Shown: positions 10,476 through 19,356, numbered from the stretch's first letter. The stretch is DNA of 64,000 nucleotides from Rhodohalobacter sp. (GCF_034521535.1 NZ_JAXHMF010000004.1:19870-83869); one strand, 5' to 3'. Made by a program: numbers and translations. The notes: generated from the letters alone by a model not told the origin.

Positions 10476-10600
10476 CAAGGTGCCATGACCATGGTGAATA
10501 GAAAAGGATTATGTAATATTGGTAACATCGTACGCTAAATCATATCCGGGAAACATATGTACCACATTCCATAGATATAGCCGGGAAAAACATATCACAT

Positions 10601-10634
10601 AAAAAAAGCCCCGACAATTTTTTGCCGGGGCTTT
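10601..10634 (-). terminator. Rho-independent terminator of the susCDE operon
   Basis: aaaaaaagccccgacaa...ttgccggggcttt; the U-tract is on the minus strand, about 27 bp after the stop. Confidence 0.8.
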
Positions 10635-10660
10635 CAGGTATGATTCACTTAACGAACTAC

Positions 10661-11716
10661 TCAGTTAAGCTCTAAAGAATATCGGTAGATAGGGCCGCTT
10701 AGATCCAATTCTACAGTATAATTTCCTGCTTCTTCAACTGGGATATTATTGGGGGAACCTGGTTGTAGTGTTCCATCTGAGTTGTCAGATCCGTAATTAA
10801 GATCCCAGGCATCGTTAGCACGGAACTTAATTTCTCCTACAGTCAGATCAACCGTTAATCTCCAAACTTTATCATTCGGATCGTAGGTCATGTCGGTATC
10901 TGCATCCCAGCCTCCGGGTGTAGCATTACCGATCAAGCCCCAATCAGTTGCAAGTAACTGATAAGTCAGGTTAGTGAGGTCTACATTAATTTTGTAGTAA
11001 CCTGCATTTTCAATCATCAAATTACCGCCGCCGGGTTCCAGAGAGCCTTCTGAGCCGCCCCAGTCACCGTTATCCCAATTTCTTTCTGCAGTGAATTTAA
11101 ATTCCTGATTATCTGCAGCGAAATAAACGTAGCCCTCATATTTATCATTTGAGTTCACAGATGCAAGTGCTGGTGCATTTTCAGGTGACCAGTCAGCTGT
11201 GTACCCGCTGGCTCCCTGATATCCGCCCGGTACATATATTTCCGGAAACTCGATAATGATTTCGTAAGGAGTAAATGCGAAGACAAAGACTTCAGAAATT
11301 CGATCTTCTACGTCTTCACTTACGTGTGCACGTATTCGCATCGGCACCTCCGACTCAATTCCGAAGGGCACACCGGCTACGTTGAGTCGGTTGTTAACTT
11401 CACCTACCGTCATTGAGATAGAAGTTTTATTTGTTTGTGCAAATGTAACAGGATTTTCAAAGTCTGATCCTTCTACATCCATTTCGATATAATAGGTTAC
11501 AGCTGCATTAAAGCCGAAATCCGGTGCTTCCCACGAAAGTGTGAAAAGCTCTTCATCGGCATCTTCTTCGTTAAGAACAAAGCTTTCACCGCCTGAGTGT
11601 GAAGACAGAGCAGGGGAGCCCGGATCTGAATTCACTTGCGGTCCCGTTGTGTCTTCACACGAGGTGAAGACCAACAGTCCAATAATCGCGATTAACGATA
11701 TAATTAAGTTTTTCAT
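10661..11716 (-). CDS. susE: SusE/SusF-family surface starch-binding lipoprotein
   Basis: Lipobox FTSC; N-terminal SusE Ig domain (FTLSWEAPDFG), then two CBM-like repeats (EFKFTAERNW; WGLIGNATPGGWD...IKFRANDAWDLNYG); directly follows susD. Confidence 0.88.
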   Translation of the reverse strand: MKNLIISLIAIIGLLVFTSCEDTTGPQVNSDPGSPALSSHSGGESFVLNEEDADEELFTLSWEAPDFGFNAAVTYYIEMDVEGSDFENPVTFAQTNKTSISMTVGEVNNRLNVAGVPFGIESEVPMRIRAHVSEDVEDRISEVFVFAFTPYEIIIEFPEIYVPGGYQGASGYTADWSPENAPALASVNSNDKYEGYVYFAADNQEFKFTAERNWDNGDWGGSEGSLEPGGGNLMIENAGYYKINVDLTNLTYQLLATDWGLIGNATPGGWDADTDMTYDPNDKVWRLTVDLTVGEIKFRANDAWDLNYGSDNSDGTLQPGSPNNIPVEEAGNYTVELDLSGPIYRYSLELN

Positions 11717-11744
11717 AGTGTTTATACTTTAAGTTTAAAATCGT

Positions 11745-13679
11745 TTAGTAACCCGGATTCTGAGTCAGATTCAAGTTTGAGTTGATATCTGATGATGGAA
11801 TTGGGAAAATCTCGTAGTGGCTGCTTGTTCCTGTGCCTTCCTGAGTTTCTCCTTTCCATGACCATACATAGTTATCGCCTGTATAGCGATCAAATCTACG
11901 CAAGTCTGTACGTCTATGACCTTCCCAGTACAACTCTCGGGTTCTGTCCTGGAATACAAGGTCCAGATTCAGGTTGGCCGGAGAAATATTAGCAGCATCA
12001 CTTCCGTAAGCTCTTTCTCTGAGCTCGTTGATCAGGTCTGTAGCGCGATTTACATCACCGCCCTGACCACCTCTAACGGTTGCTTCGGCATACATCAGAT
12101 AAACATCTGCAAGCCTGAACATTGGAAAATCTGTATCAGCAAATTCAAGACGTTTTCCGGGCTGACCTGTAGAGGTGATGTTCTTCCACTTGGTTACGGC
12201 GTAACCGTTGGTGAATTCACCTAGCTCCTCGATTTCAAGCGATTGACCGTCTGTGTAGAACTTTGAACGTCCTTCGGAGTTTTCGACACTATAAGTCATA
12301 TTGTTGATATCGACCGTGATCTGGTAAACACCGGCTGCCGGAATTGAGAGGTTAGTTGAAGAACCTGCTTCAAGTTCACCTGCCGAACTTCCAACTCCCC
12401 AGTCGCCGTCGTTCCAGTTTCGTTCTGCGGTAAATTTGTACTCAGCTCCCGGAGACGCGAAGTATACTACTCCAGTGTAGACATCATTACTGTTTTCAGA
12501 AATCAATGCCGGAGCATCTGCGGGCGACCAGTCGTTCGTATATCCGCTGGCAGCCTGATAACCGCCCGGAACATAAATCTCAGGGTATCCGCCTGTGTTA
12601 GCTGTTTGAGCGCCACTAAAGTTGTCATTCACATCGTCAAAAAACGATACGAATTCAGGAGTTACCCTGTGTCCGGCCCATCCGCCATCCATTCCAAAGT
12701 CTGCGGCACTCATGTTCCCGCCAATAGCAGCATGGATAATGAAGTTGGTTCCGCCAAACGTTTGAAGGTTCTCACCGTCAAACCGGATAGGGAAGATGAT
12801 TTCTGATGCAGCCTCATTGGCATCGTTGTCTGCCAGGAAGAGGTTATCGTAATTGTCGGCCAGTTCGTAACCGCCTTCATTGATTACCCGTTCTGCGTAG
12901 GTGATTGCATCGCCATACCGGTCTTGCCCGATATAAACTTCAGCATTCAAATAGAGTTTGGACAGAAGGGTCCAGGCAGCACCGCGGTCAGCTCTTCCAT
13001 ATTCATTTGCTCCCGGAGCAGGAAGATCGTCCATAACGTCGAGCAGTTCGCTCTCAATATATGTAAACAGATCCTGTGCATTGGTAGGCTCGGGCATAAA
13101 TGCACCGACCGGGTCATCTTCTGTTACAAACGGTACATTACCGCCAAACATATCCAGTGCGTGCCAGTAACTGAGGGCGCGCAGGAAGCGTGCCTCTGCT
13201 TCCATCTCTTTGATGATACCTTCATCACGCTTTTGGGTTTCACGAATAAACTCGTTTGTAAGAGCTACCTCGTAATAGATACGGCTGTACATACCCATAA
13301 CAAAGTCATTAGAAGGACCCCAGGAGTGAAAGTTAAATTGTGGAAGACCTTCATCATTCCATCCTACAACAGCTTCATCGGTAGGTATGGTTTGATGTAC
13401 CCAGAGCTGACGAATGTAGCTTGAGAAGCCTTCGTCAATTCCCTGGATGTCGGCATTACCGGCAGGACCTTGCTGGCCGGTTGCGGCAAAACCCGCATAT
13501 AATTTCGCTAAAACCTGACGGAAATCATCAGGAGTATCGTACACATTTTCAGATGTGACTACATCATCGTCGATCGGTGAGGTGTTCAGGTCGTCCATAC
13601 AAGACGTTGTGAACGCAACCGTCAGCGCGATGAGTGCCAGTGCTAATATTTTAAATTTGTTATTCAACATAATCGTCAA
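11745..13679 (-). CDS. susD: SusD/RagB glycan-binding lipoprotein with an inserted SusE-like CBM
   Basis: Lipobox TTSC; EARFLRALSYW, LLSKLYLNAEVY, FPMFRLADVYLMYAEA, RELYWEGHRRTDLRRF, QNPGY end; about 110 extra residues at roughly 12270-12600. Confidence 0.93.
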   Translation of the reverse strand: MTIMLNNKFKILALALIALTVAFTTSCMDDLNTSPIDDDVVTSENVYDTPDDFRQVLAKLYAGFAATGQQGPAGNADIQGIDEGFSSYIRQLWVHQTIPTDEAVVGWNDEGLPQFNFHSWGPSNDFVMGMYSRIYYEVALTNEFIRETQKRDEGIIKEMEAEARFLRALSYWHALDMFGGNVPFVTEDDPVGAFMPEPTNAQDLFTYIESELLDVMDDLPAPGANEYGRADRGAAWTLLSKLYLNAEVYIGQDRYGDAITYAERVINEGGYELADNYDNLFLADNDANEAASEIIFPIRFDGENLQTFGGTNFIIHAAIGGNMSAADFGMDGGWAGHRVTPEFVSFFDDVNDNFSGAQTANTGGYPEIYVPGGYQAASGYTNDWSPADAPALISENSNDVYTGVVYFASPGAEYKFTAERNWNDGDWGVGSSAGELEAGSSTNLSIPAAGVYQITVDINNMTYSVENSEGRSKFYTDGQSLEIEELGEFTNGYAVTKWKNITSTGQPGKRLEFADTDFPMFRLADVYLMYAEATVRGGQGGDVNRATDLINELRERAYGSDAANISPANLNLDLVFQDRTRELYWEGHRRTDLRRFDRYTGDNYVWSWKGETQEGTGTSSHYEIFPIPSSDINSNLNLTQNPGY

Positions 13680-13695
13680 GATTAAGGTGTTTCAA

Positions 13696-16686
13696 TTAAA
13701 AGTTGAGATTGAGTCCCAACAGAAAGGTGCGCGGCCGTGGATAGAGGTTGAAGTCAACACCTCCAAATACCTCCGGATCCTGCCCGCTGTACTCCGTAAT
13801 AGTAAATACGTTTTGTACGGTAGCAGATACTCTCGCAGATGATACCAGATCAAACAGTCCGTCGATTGTATAACCAACAGAAACGTTATCCAATCTTACA
13901 AAAGATGCATCTTCAACGTAGTGATCAGATCGATATTGAGCGGTTTCAAACCCTGTTTCGTAAATAAATTCTGTAGGATTCATAACAAACCCGGCAGTAT
14001 TATAAACAGAATTGTAGAACCCTCTGTCTGAAGCAACGTTGTTGTAGACATAATTGCCGAGGCTTGCCCGGGCAGAGAATGCCGCATCCCACTGCTTATA
14101 TTCGAAACGTGAGGAGAGACCGAATGTATAGTCCGGATTTGGACTTTCAAGTCGATACTTATCTGCCTCATCAACTACACCGTCTTCATTTCTGTCAACG
14201 TACAATCCTTCAATCGGAGCACCCAATTCGTTGTAAACCTGCTCATATACAAAGAATGAGTTTCGGGGTGAACCTACACTGTGAACCTGAACAGTGTTAC
14301 CGGTACCGCCGGCAATTCCGCCAACTTCAACACCTACATAGGTAGGATCATCGGCTGTCGTCAGTTTGGTAATCTCATCAGTTGTGTAGGTGGCGTTAAA
14401 AGATACCTGCCAGTATGTATCCTCTGTAGAGAGAATCCTGGAAGTAATATCAAATTCGACACCACGCACTTCAAGAGAACCAACGTTGGAAAGGATTCGG
14501 TTTGTAAAGTTGGATCCTGCAGGCACCGGAATCACATTTAAGAGATCGTCGGTTTCACGCAGGAAGTATTCAACAGAACCAAAGAACCGCTCATTTAACA
14601 AGCTGTAGTCCACTGCCACATTATACGTGGTTGTTTCTTCCCATTTCAGCTCTGAGTTGTATCCTTCAGGACGAAGGGTAGTGATCCATTCGTTGCCGAA
14701 CGCATAACGTGCCGAGTTCTGTCCGAAAGTATACTGAGGCAGGTATGGGTAGTTACCCTGTCCAATTCTCTGCTGACCGGTTACACCGTAACCCAGTCTC
14801 AACTTCAGTTCATTAACGTTGTCGAACTGCTCCATAAAACCTTCTTCATGCATTTGCCATGCAACCGCAAAAGATGGGAAAAGGCCCCAGCGGTTATCCT
14901 CAGAAAACCTGGATGTACCGTCATATCTCAAAGTACTTGTAAGTAAATATTTGTCTTTGAGCGTGTAGTTCGCACGGCCAAAGAAAGAGGTGATGTAGTA
15001 CTCTGTTGCGTAATCCGTATCGGAATCAACCCGGATTGCCTGAGAACGATCGAAGTTTGTAGAGTAGTTTGAACCCTCTTCGAAGTGATGTTCCCATGAG
15101 TAACCGGCCGTAAAATCCAGTTTACTTTCTATTGACTCGATATCCGTGTTATAGTTCAGATAGAAATCAAGCAGTTCATTTTCTTTACTTTGATCGTAGT
15201 CTGTCTGATTTCCGGAAAGTCCTTGACCATCAAAAGCGTAAGCAGCTTCGTCACTGACTAGTACTTTACCGTCACCAACGTCGGAATAATCGAGGCCAAG
15301 GTTTAAGGTCGCAGTCAGGTCATTAAAAAATGATGGATTATAATCCAGCTTAAAGTTACCGAGTATTCGGTAAACAGTGGACTCATCACGACGCTGTTCA
15401 ATCAGCGCAACAGGGTTGGCCGGTGCGATTGGAATTGGATTTCCATCACCGTCGAGCCAGGCTGTATACCCGCCAAACTGCTCATTGTCTGACATTACCG
15501 GTTGAGTAGGATCAAAATTGATAGCGGTTGCTATGGCTCCCTGATCAGCAAATCTGTTGTCTATCCGGGTACCTCTCGCATTCAATTCAACTTTGAATTG
15601 ATCTTCCAGAAAGGATGGGTTTAACGCTATAGATCCCGATAACCGTTCATTGTAGGATGTTCTTAATACACCCTCATTTCCTGAAAAACCGAAAGATGCA
15701 CGATATGGAAGTAATCCGGCAGCACCACTAACACTTAAGTTGTGATCCTGACTGAAAGTATTGCGGAATATTTCATCCTGCCAATCGGTTTGGCTGTTGC
15801 CAAGACTATTTAATGCGCCTGATGGCAAATTTCCGTTATCAACACCGATTTGAACAAACTGAGCAAATTGATCCGCTCCAATCACATCAATTCGATCACT
15901 GTTGGTCTGGTAAGAGTATCGGCCGGTATAGTTAACTTCAATATCCTGACCCAATTCTCCTCGTTTCGTGGTAATGATAATAACCCCGTTAGAAGCACGA
16001 GAACCGTAAATAGCTGTTGCAGATGCGTCTTTCAACACGGTAATCGATTCAATATCGTTTGGATTGATCGAGTTAAGAGGGTTTCTCATACCGGAAATAC
16101 CGCCCTCTTCCAGAGGAATACCGTCTACTACATATAGAGGGGCATTACTGGCCGAGAGGGAAGAACCTCCACGAATACGGATCGTTGCTCCGGCTCCGGG
16201 TGCACCACTGTTGGATGTAACCTGAACACCGGCAGCTCGTCCCTGGAAAAGTTCTTCAGGTGAGGTTATAGCACCTGAGTTAAAGTCTCTTGAACTTACA
16301 ACGTTAACGGAACCGGTATTATCACCCCGTTCCTGAACACCGTAACCGATTACAACCAGTTCGGAGAGAGCCTGAACATCCGTGCTCATTTGCACATCAA
16401 TTGTCTCGCGTCCGTCAACCGGAATTTCTCTGGTTACGAATCCGACGTAAGAAAAAACTAAAACATCGTCTTCGTTAACTCTGAGTGAGTATTGTCCTTC
16501 GAGGTTAGTTGTTGTACCCCGATCGGTAGTACCTTTCACGGTGATGTTAACACCGGGCAGGGTCTCACCCGTCTCTAGTTCTGTAACCGTACCGTTGACT
16601 GTAATTTCAGACTGCGCATGCGCGGGTAACGCATACGAGCAGAAAAACATAATCAACAGCAGGCTGAGTAGCTGTTTTACCTTCAT
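13696..16686 (-). CDS. susC: SusC/RagA TonB-dependent transporter
   Basis: N-terminal carboxypeptidase-like domain; IRIRGGSSL...PLYVVDG; DIESITVLKDASATAIYGSRASNGVIIITTKRG; LKWEETT; C-terminal YPRPRTFLLGLNLNF. Confidence 0.96.
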   Translation of the reverse strand: MKVKQLLSLLLIMFFCSYALPAHAQSEITVNGTVTELETGETLPGVNITVKGTTDRGTTTNLEGQYSLRVNEDDVLVFSYVGFVTREIPVDGRETIDVQMSTDVQALSELVVIGYGVQERGDNTGSVNVVSSRDFNSGAITSPEELFQGRAAGVQVTSNSGAPGAGATIRIRGGSSLSASNAPLYVVDGIPLEEGGISGMRNPLNSINPNDIESITVLKDASATAIYGSRASNGVIIITTKRGELGQDIEVNYTGRYSYQTNSDRIDVIGADQFAQFVQIGVDNGNLPSGALNSLGNSQTDWQDEIFRNTFSQDHNLSVSGAAGLLPYRASFGFSGNEGVLRTSYNERLSGSIALNPSFLEDQFKVELNARGTRIDNRFADQGAIATAINFDPTQPVMSDNEQFGGYTAWLDGDGNPIPIAPANPVALIEQRRDESTVYRILGNFKLDYNPSFFNDLTATLNLGLDYSDVGDGKVLVSDEAAYAFDGQGLSGNQTDYDQSKENELLDFYLNYNTDIESIESKLDFTAGYSWEHHFEEGSNYSTNFDRSQAIRVDSDTDYATEYYITSFFGRANYTLKDKYLLTSTLRYDGTSRFSEDNRWGLFPSFAVAWQMHEEGFMEQFDNVNELKLRLGYGVTGQQRIGQGNYPYLPQYTFGQNSARYAFGNEWITTLRPEGYNSELKWEETTTYNVAVDYSLLNERFFGSVEYFLRETDDLLNVIPVPAGSNFTNRILSNVGSLEVRGVEFDITSRILSTEDTYWQVSFNATYTTDEITKLTTADDPTYVGVEVGGIAGGTGNTVQVHSVGSPRNSFFVYEQVYNELGAPIEGLYVDRNEDGVVDEADKYRLESPNPDYTFGLSSRFEYKQWDAAFSARASLGNYVYNNVASDRGFYNSVYNTAGFVMNPTEFIYETGFETAQYRSDHYVEDASFVRLDNVSVGYTIDGLFDLVSSARVSATVQNVFTITEYSGQDPEVFGGVDFNLYPRPRTFLLGLNLNF

Positions 16687-16737
16687 AAAATCTACCTGTT
16701 TTTTTGATTAATGGAATTGATTAAAATTGTTATGGTT

Positions 16738-16751
16738 TGAAAGCGCTTTAA
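16738..16751. promoter_or_regulatory. LacI-family operator TGAAAGCGCTTTAA
   Basis: Near-palindromic variant of the 5444 site, about 52 bp upstream of the susC start. Confidence 0.65.
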
Positions 16752-16837
16752 TTACTTCACATCACGTCCAGATACCAATAATGTCTCCAATTAGTCACTA
16801 AAGCTATCCGATATTTTCAATAAGAGAGACGTTTTTA

Positions 16838-16851
16838 TGAAAACGCTTACA
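16838..16851. promoter_or_regulatory. LacI-family operator TGAAAACGCTTACA
   Basis: 12/14 identical to the 5444 palindrome; exactly 100 bp from the 16738 site. Confidence 0.7.
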
Positions 16852-17172
16852 TCTTGTTCTTAAATCTAATAATTTTTTGTGAAGATTCCTTAAAGAGAGT
16901 TACGAAATCTTCCTAAACATGAGTTAAAAATGAGCATAGTAGATGAATTCGTGAGGTAGAGCTCAAATAGAAGCTAAAATACTCTCTTATCCTGCAATTT
17001 AGTTTTGGTAGATTGAGAGCGAAAAGCAAGAAGGTAGTTGTCATCTAAGATATTGACGCTCAAATCTGTACAATTTTATCCTTATTATTGCAGCGTTTTG
17101 AGCGGATAAAATGAAAGTCTGAGTGTAGCCAAAACGTCTCTCATTTGATCGAATCATCATTTGGTAAATAAA

Positions 17173-17348
17173 GTGAGTTCGATATAATTATTATCTATAA
17201 TCGTCAGTTTGAGCGCAGTTTCGACCGTTTTTTTGGTCGGAACGGAGTCGAAAACACATTTCGACTTCATTTCAAGGAAAAAGCACTCTCGAAATTGCGC
17301 TCAATGTGACGTATTGCTTCATTCGAGGTATCTTTATCTCGAACTCAC
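17173..17348. mobile_element. MITE-like element with 15-bp TIRs GTGAGTTCGAKATAA
   Basis: gtgagttcgatataa (17173) and ttatctcgaactcac (17334-17348), 14/15 complementary; internal REP pair gtcagtttgagcgcag...gcgctcaatgtgac. Confidence 0.7.
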
Positions 17349-17370
17349 ATTTAATAATTAACACTGGTTT

Positions 17371-18387
17371 ATGATTTCATTTCTGAAAAGAAAAGGGGTT
17401 GAACTTTCTATAAAGACCTATACAGTTACGGCACTTTCCTACATGGCGCTGGGTCTATTTGCATCACTGATTATTGGTTTGATAATCAGAACAGCAGGTG
17501 AACAGCTGGATATAGAGATGTTGATGATAATTGGGCAAACCGCAATGGATTTAATGGGTCCGGCCATTGGTGTGGCAATTGCATACGGACTCAAGGCTCC
17601 CTCATTGGTACTGTTTGCCTCAGCCGTTGCGGGTGCCTTTGGTGCAACAGCCGGTGGACCTGCAGGAGCGTACATTGCGGCAGTGTTGGCAACAGAGTTT
17701 GGAAAGTTAATATCCGGTTCAACTAAAATAGATATCATAGCAACTCCGCTGGTCACCATTTTTGTTGGATATTTTGCTGCTGAATATATTGGTGTATTTA
17801 TTAACGACGGGATGCTGGCATTTGGTGAGCTTATCAATTGGTCTGTCAACCAGCATCCCTTAATTATGGGTGTACTTGTTGCATCCTTGATGGGCATGGC
17901 GCTTACCGCTCCAATCTCAAGTGCCGCGATAGCGATTATGCTGGGACTGGATGGCCTGGCTGCCGGAGCTGCAACTGTCGGGTGTTCGGCGCAGATGATC
18001 GGCTTTGCGGTTAGCAGCTATAGGGAGAACGGTGTGGGTGGACTGATCGCGCAGGGGATAGGGACATCGATGTTGCAAATTGCAAACGTCATCAAAAATC
18101 CGTTCATCCTTCTGCCTCCGGTTATTGCCGGAGCACTGCTTGCTCCACTATCTACAATGGTTTTTATGATGGAGAACACACCGGAGGGTGCGGGTATGGG
18201 AACGAGCGGTTTTGTTGGGCAGATCTTTACGTTTACGTCGATGGGCTTCAGCTGGGAGGTGATGGCTTACATAATAGTGCTGCATTTTATCGGCCCGGCA
18301 ATTCTGGCTTATTTTGCTTCGGAATATCTCAGAAGAAAGGGGTTAATCAAGCAGGATGATATGCTTTTGAGAAGTGAATCGAGATAG
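17371..18387 (+). CDS. PTS EIIC-like (PTS_EIIC_2 / PfoR-type) membrane protein
   Basis: Polytopic Gly/Ala-rich protein: MALGLFASLIIG, TAPISSAAIA, GLAAGAATVGCSAQMIG, QGIGTSMLQ, GAGMGTSG. Confidence 0.8.
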   Translation: MISFLKRKGVELSIKTYTVTALSYMALGLFASLIIGLIIRTAGEQLDIEMLMIIGQTAMDLMGPAIGVAIAYGLKAPSLVLFASAVAGAFGATAGGPAGAYIAAVLATEFGKLISGSTKIDIIATPLVTIFVGYFAAEYIGVFINDGMLAFGELINWSVNQHPLIMGVLVASLMGMALTAPISSAAIAIMLGLDGLAAGAATVGCSAQMIGFAVSSYRENGVGGLIAQGIGTSMLQIANVIKNPFILLPPVIAGALLAPLSTMVFMMENTPEGAGMGTSGFVGQIFTFTSMGFSWEVMAYIIVLHFIGPAILAYFASEYLRRKGLIKQDDMLLRSESR

Positions 18388-18565
18388 ATTTACATCGGTT
18401 TTTTAATTAATTCATGAACATGAGTACGGTTCATATTAGTGAAATCAAAATTCCCTCCCCCTATCAAGGGGCTCCGACCGATAGCGACACGTGAAACGAA
18501 ATTTAGAGGGGTGTCCATCGTTATTAACCATTTCTGATCATCATTCCCCTCACCCCCCCTGTTTA

Positions 18566-18954
18566 AGCCTGACATTACCCATATATTTATAGTAATAGTG
18601 TAATAAATGCATCGAAGCCAATATATTATAGCGTTTATTTTTGTGATGGAAAAATGATGGTCAACCTATTCACTTATACTTTTTTTTAAAAGAGCGAAAG
18701 AACCCTCCGGCCTTGATTGGTGGAGGATTTGCATGGTTTGCACCACAGCGCGGGAGACATCACAATATCGGCTCCCTTTTGGGAGCAATCGATGTTGTGT
18801 AACCGCGCGGGCAAACCAGGCCCGGAAGCAATCACCGTCCGGGAGTTTTTGATTCCTTTTGGCGGTCCAAAAGGAATAAGGGAAACAGTTTAACCTGAGG
18901 ATGTACTTTATATCATTTTTAATGATTCTAAGATTATATGGGTGATGTTAGCCT
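18566..18954. mobile_element. MITE-like element with 20-bp TIRs and a long internal hairpin
   Basis: agcctgacattacccatata vs tatatgggtgatgttagcct (17/20 complementary); nested inverted arms centred on gctccc-tttt-gggagc. Confidence 0.65.
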
Positions 18955-18958
18955 TTTT

Positions 18959-19356
18959 AAGCTACCCTGTGTACACATCTTTAATAATGTTGATGAAGGC
19001 CTCAATATCTAAATTAAGTATTAAAGTGATTATAGCCTTTTTCAATGAGATCCCTCCATGCGTTCGCTTCGCCTGCCTGTGCTAAAGCTTCGGCAGACAG
19101 GCTCTCTTAGTCGGGACGACAAGGCCATTGGGTAAGGCAGCAGCGGGCTTGTCCTCCGTAGCATCAGCGCAGACAGGCATAACTGGCTGTGTTTGAGAAT
19201 AGGTTGGGAGCCGCCCGCTGCAAATTCCCATGTGGAGCCTGTCATTCCGACCGGAAATCCGTGTTTTTCAGATTGAAGTGGAGGAATCTCCGGAAAACAT
19301 TTAAGACTTACTTAGGTAATGATCTAAAATATATATTTGTGTACACACGGTAGCTT
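18959..19356. mobile_element. MITE-like element with 19-bp TIRs AAGCTACCSTGTGTACACA
   Basis: 18959-18977 and 19338-19356 are 18/19 complementary; interior has the REP pair gagatccctcc...gtcgggacgac / gtcattccgacc...ggaggaatctc. Confidence 0.7.
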
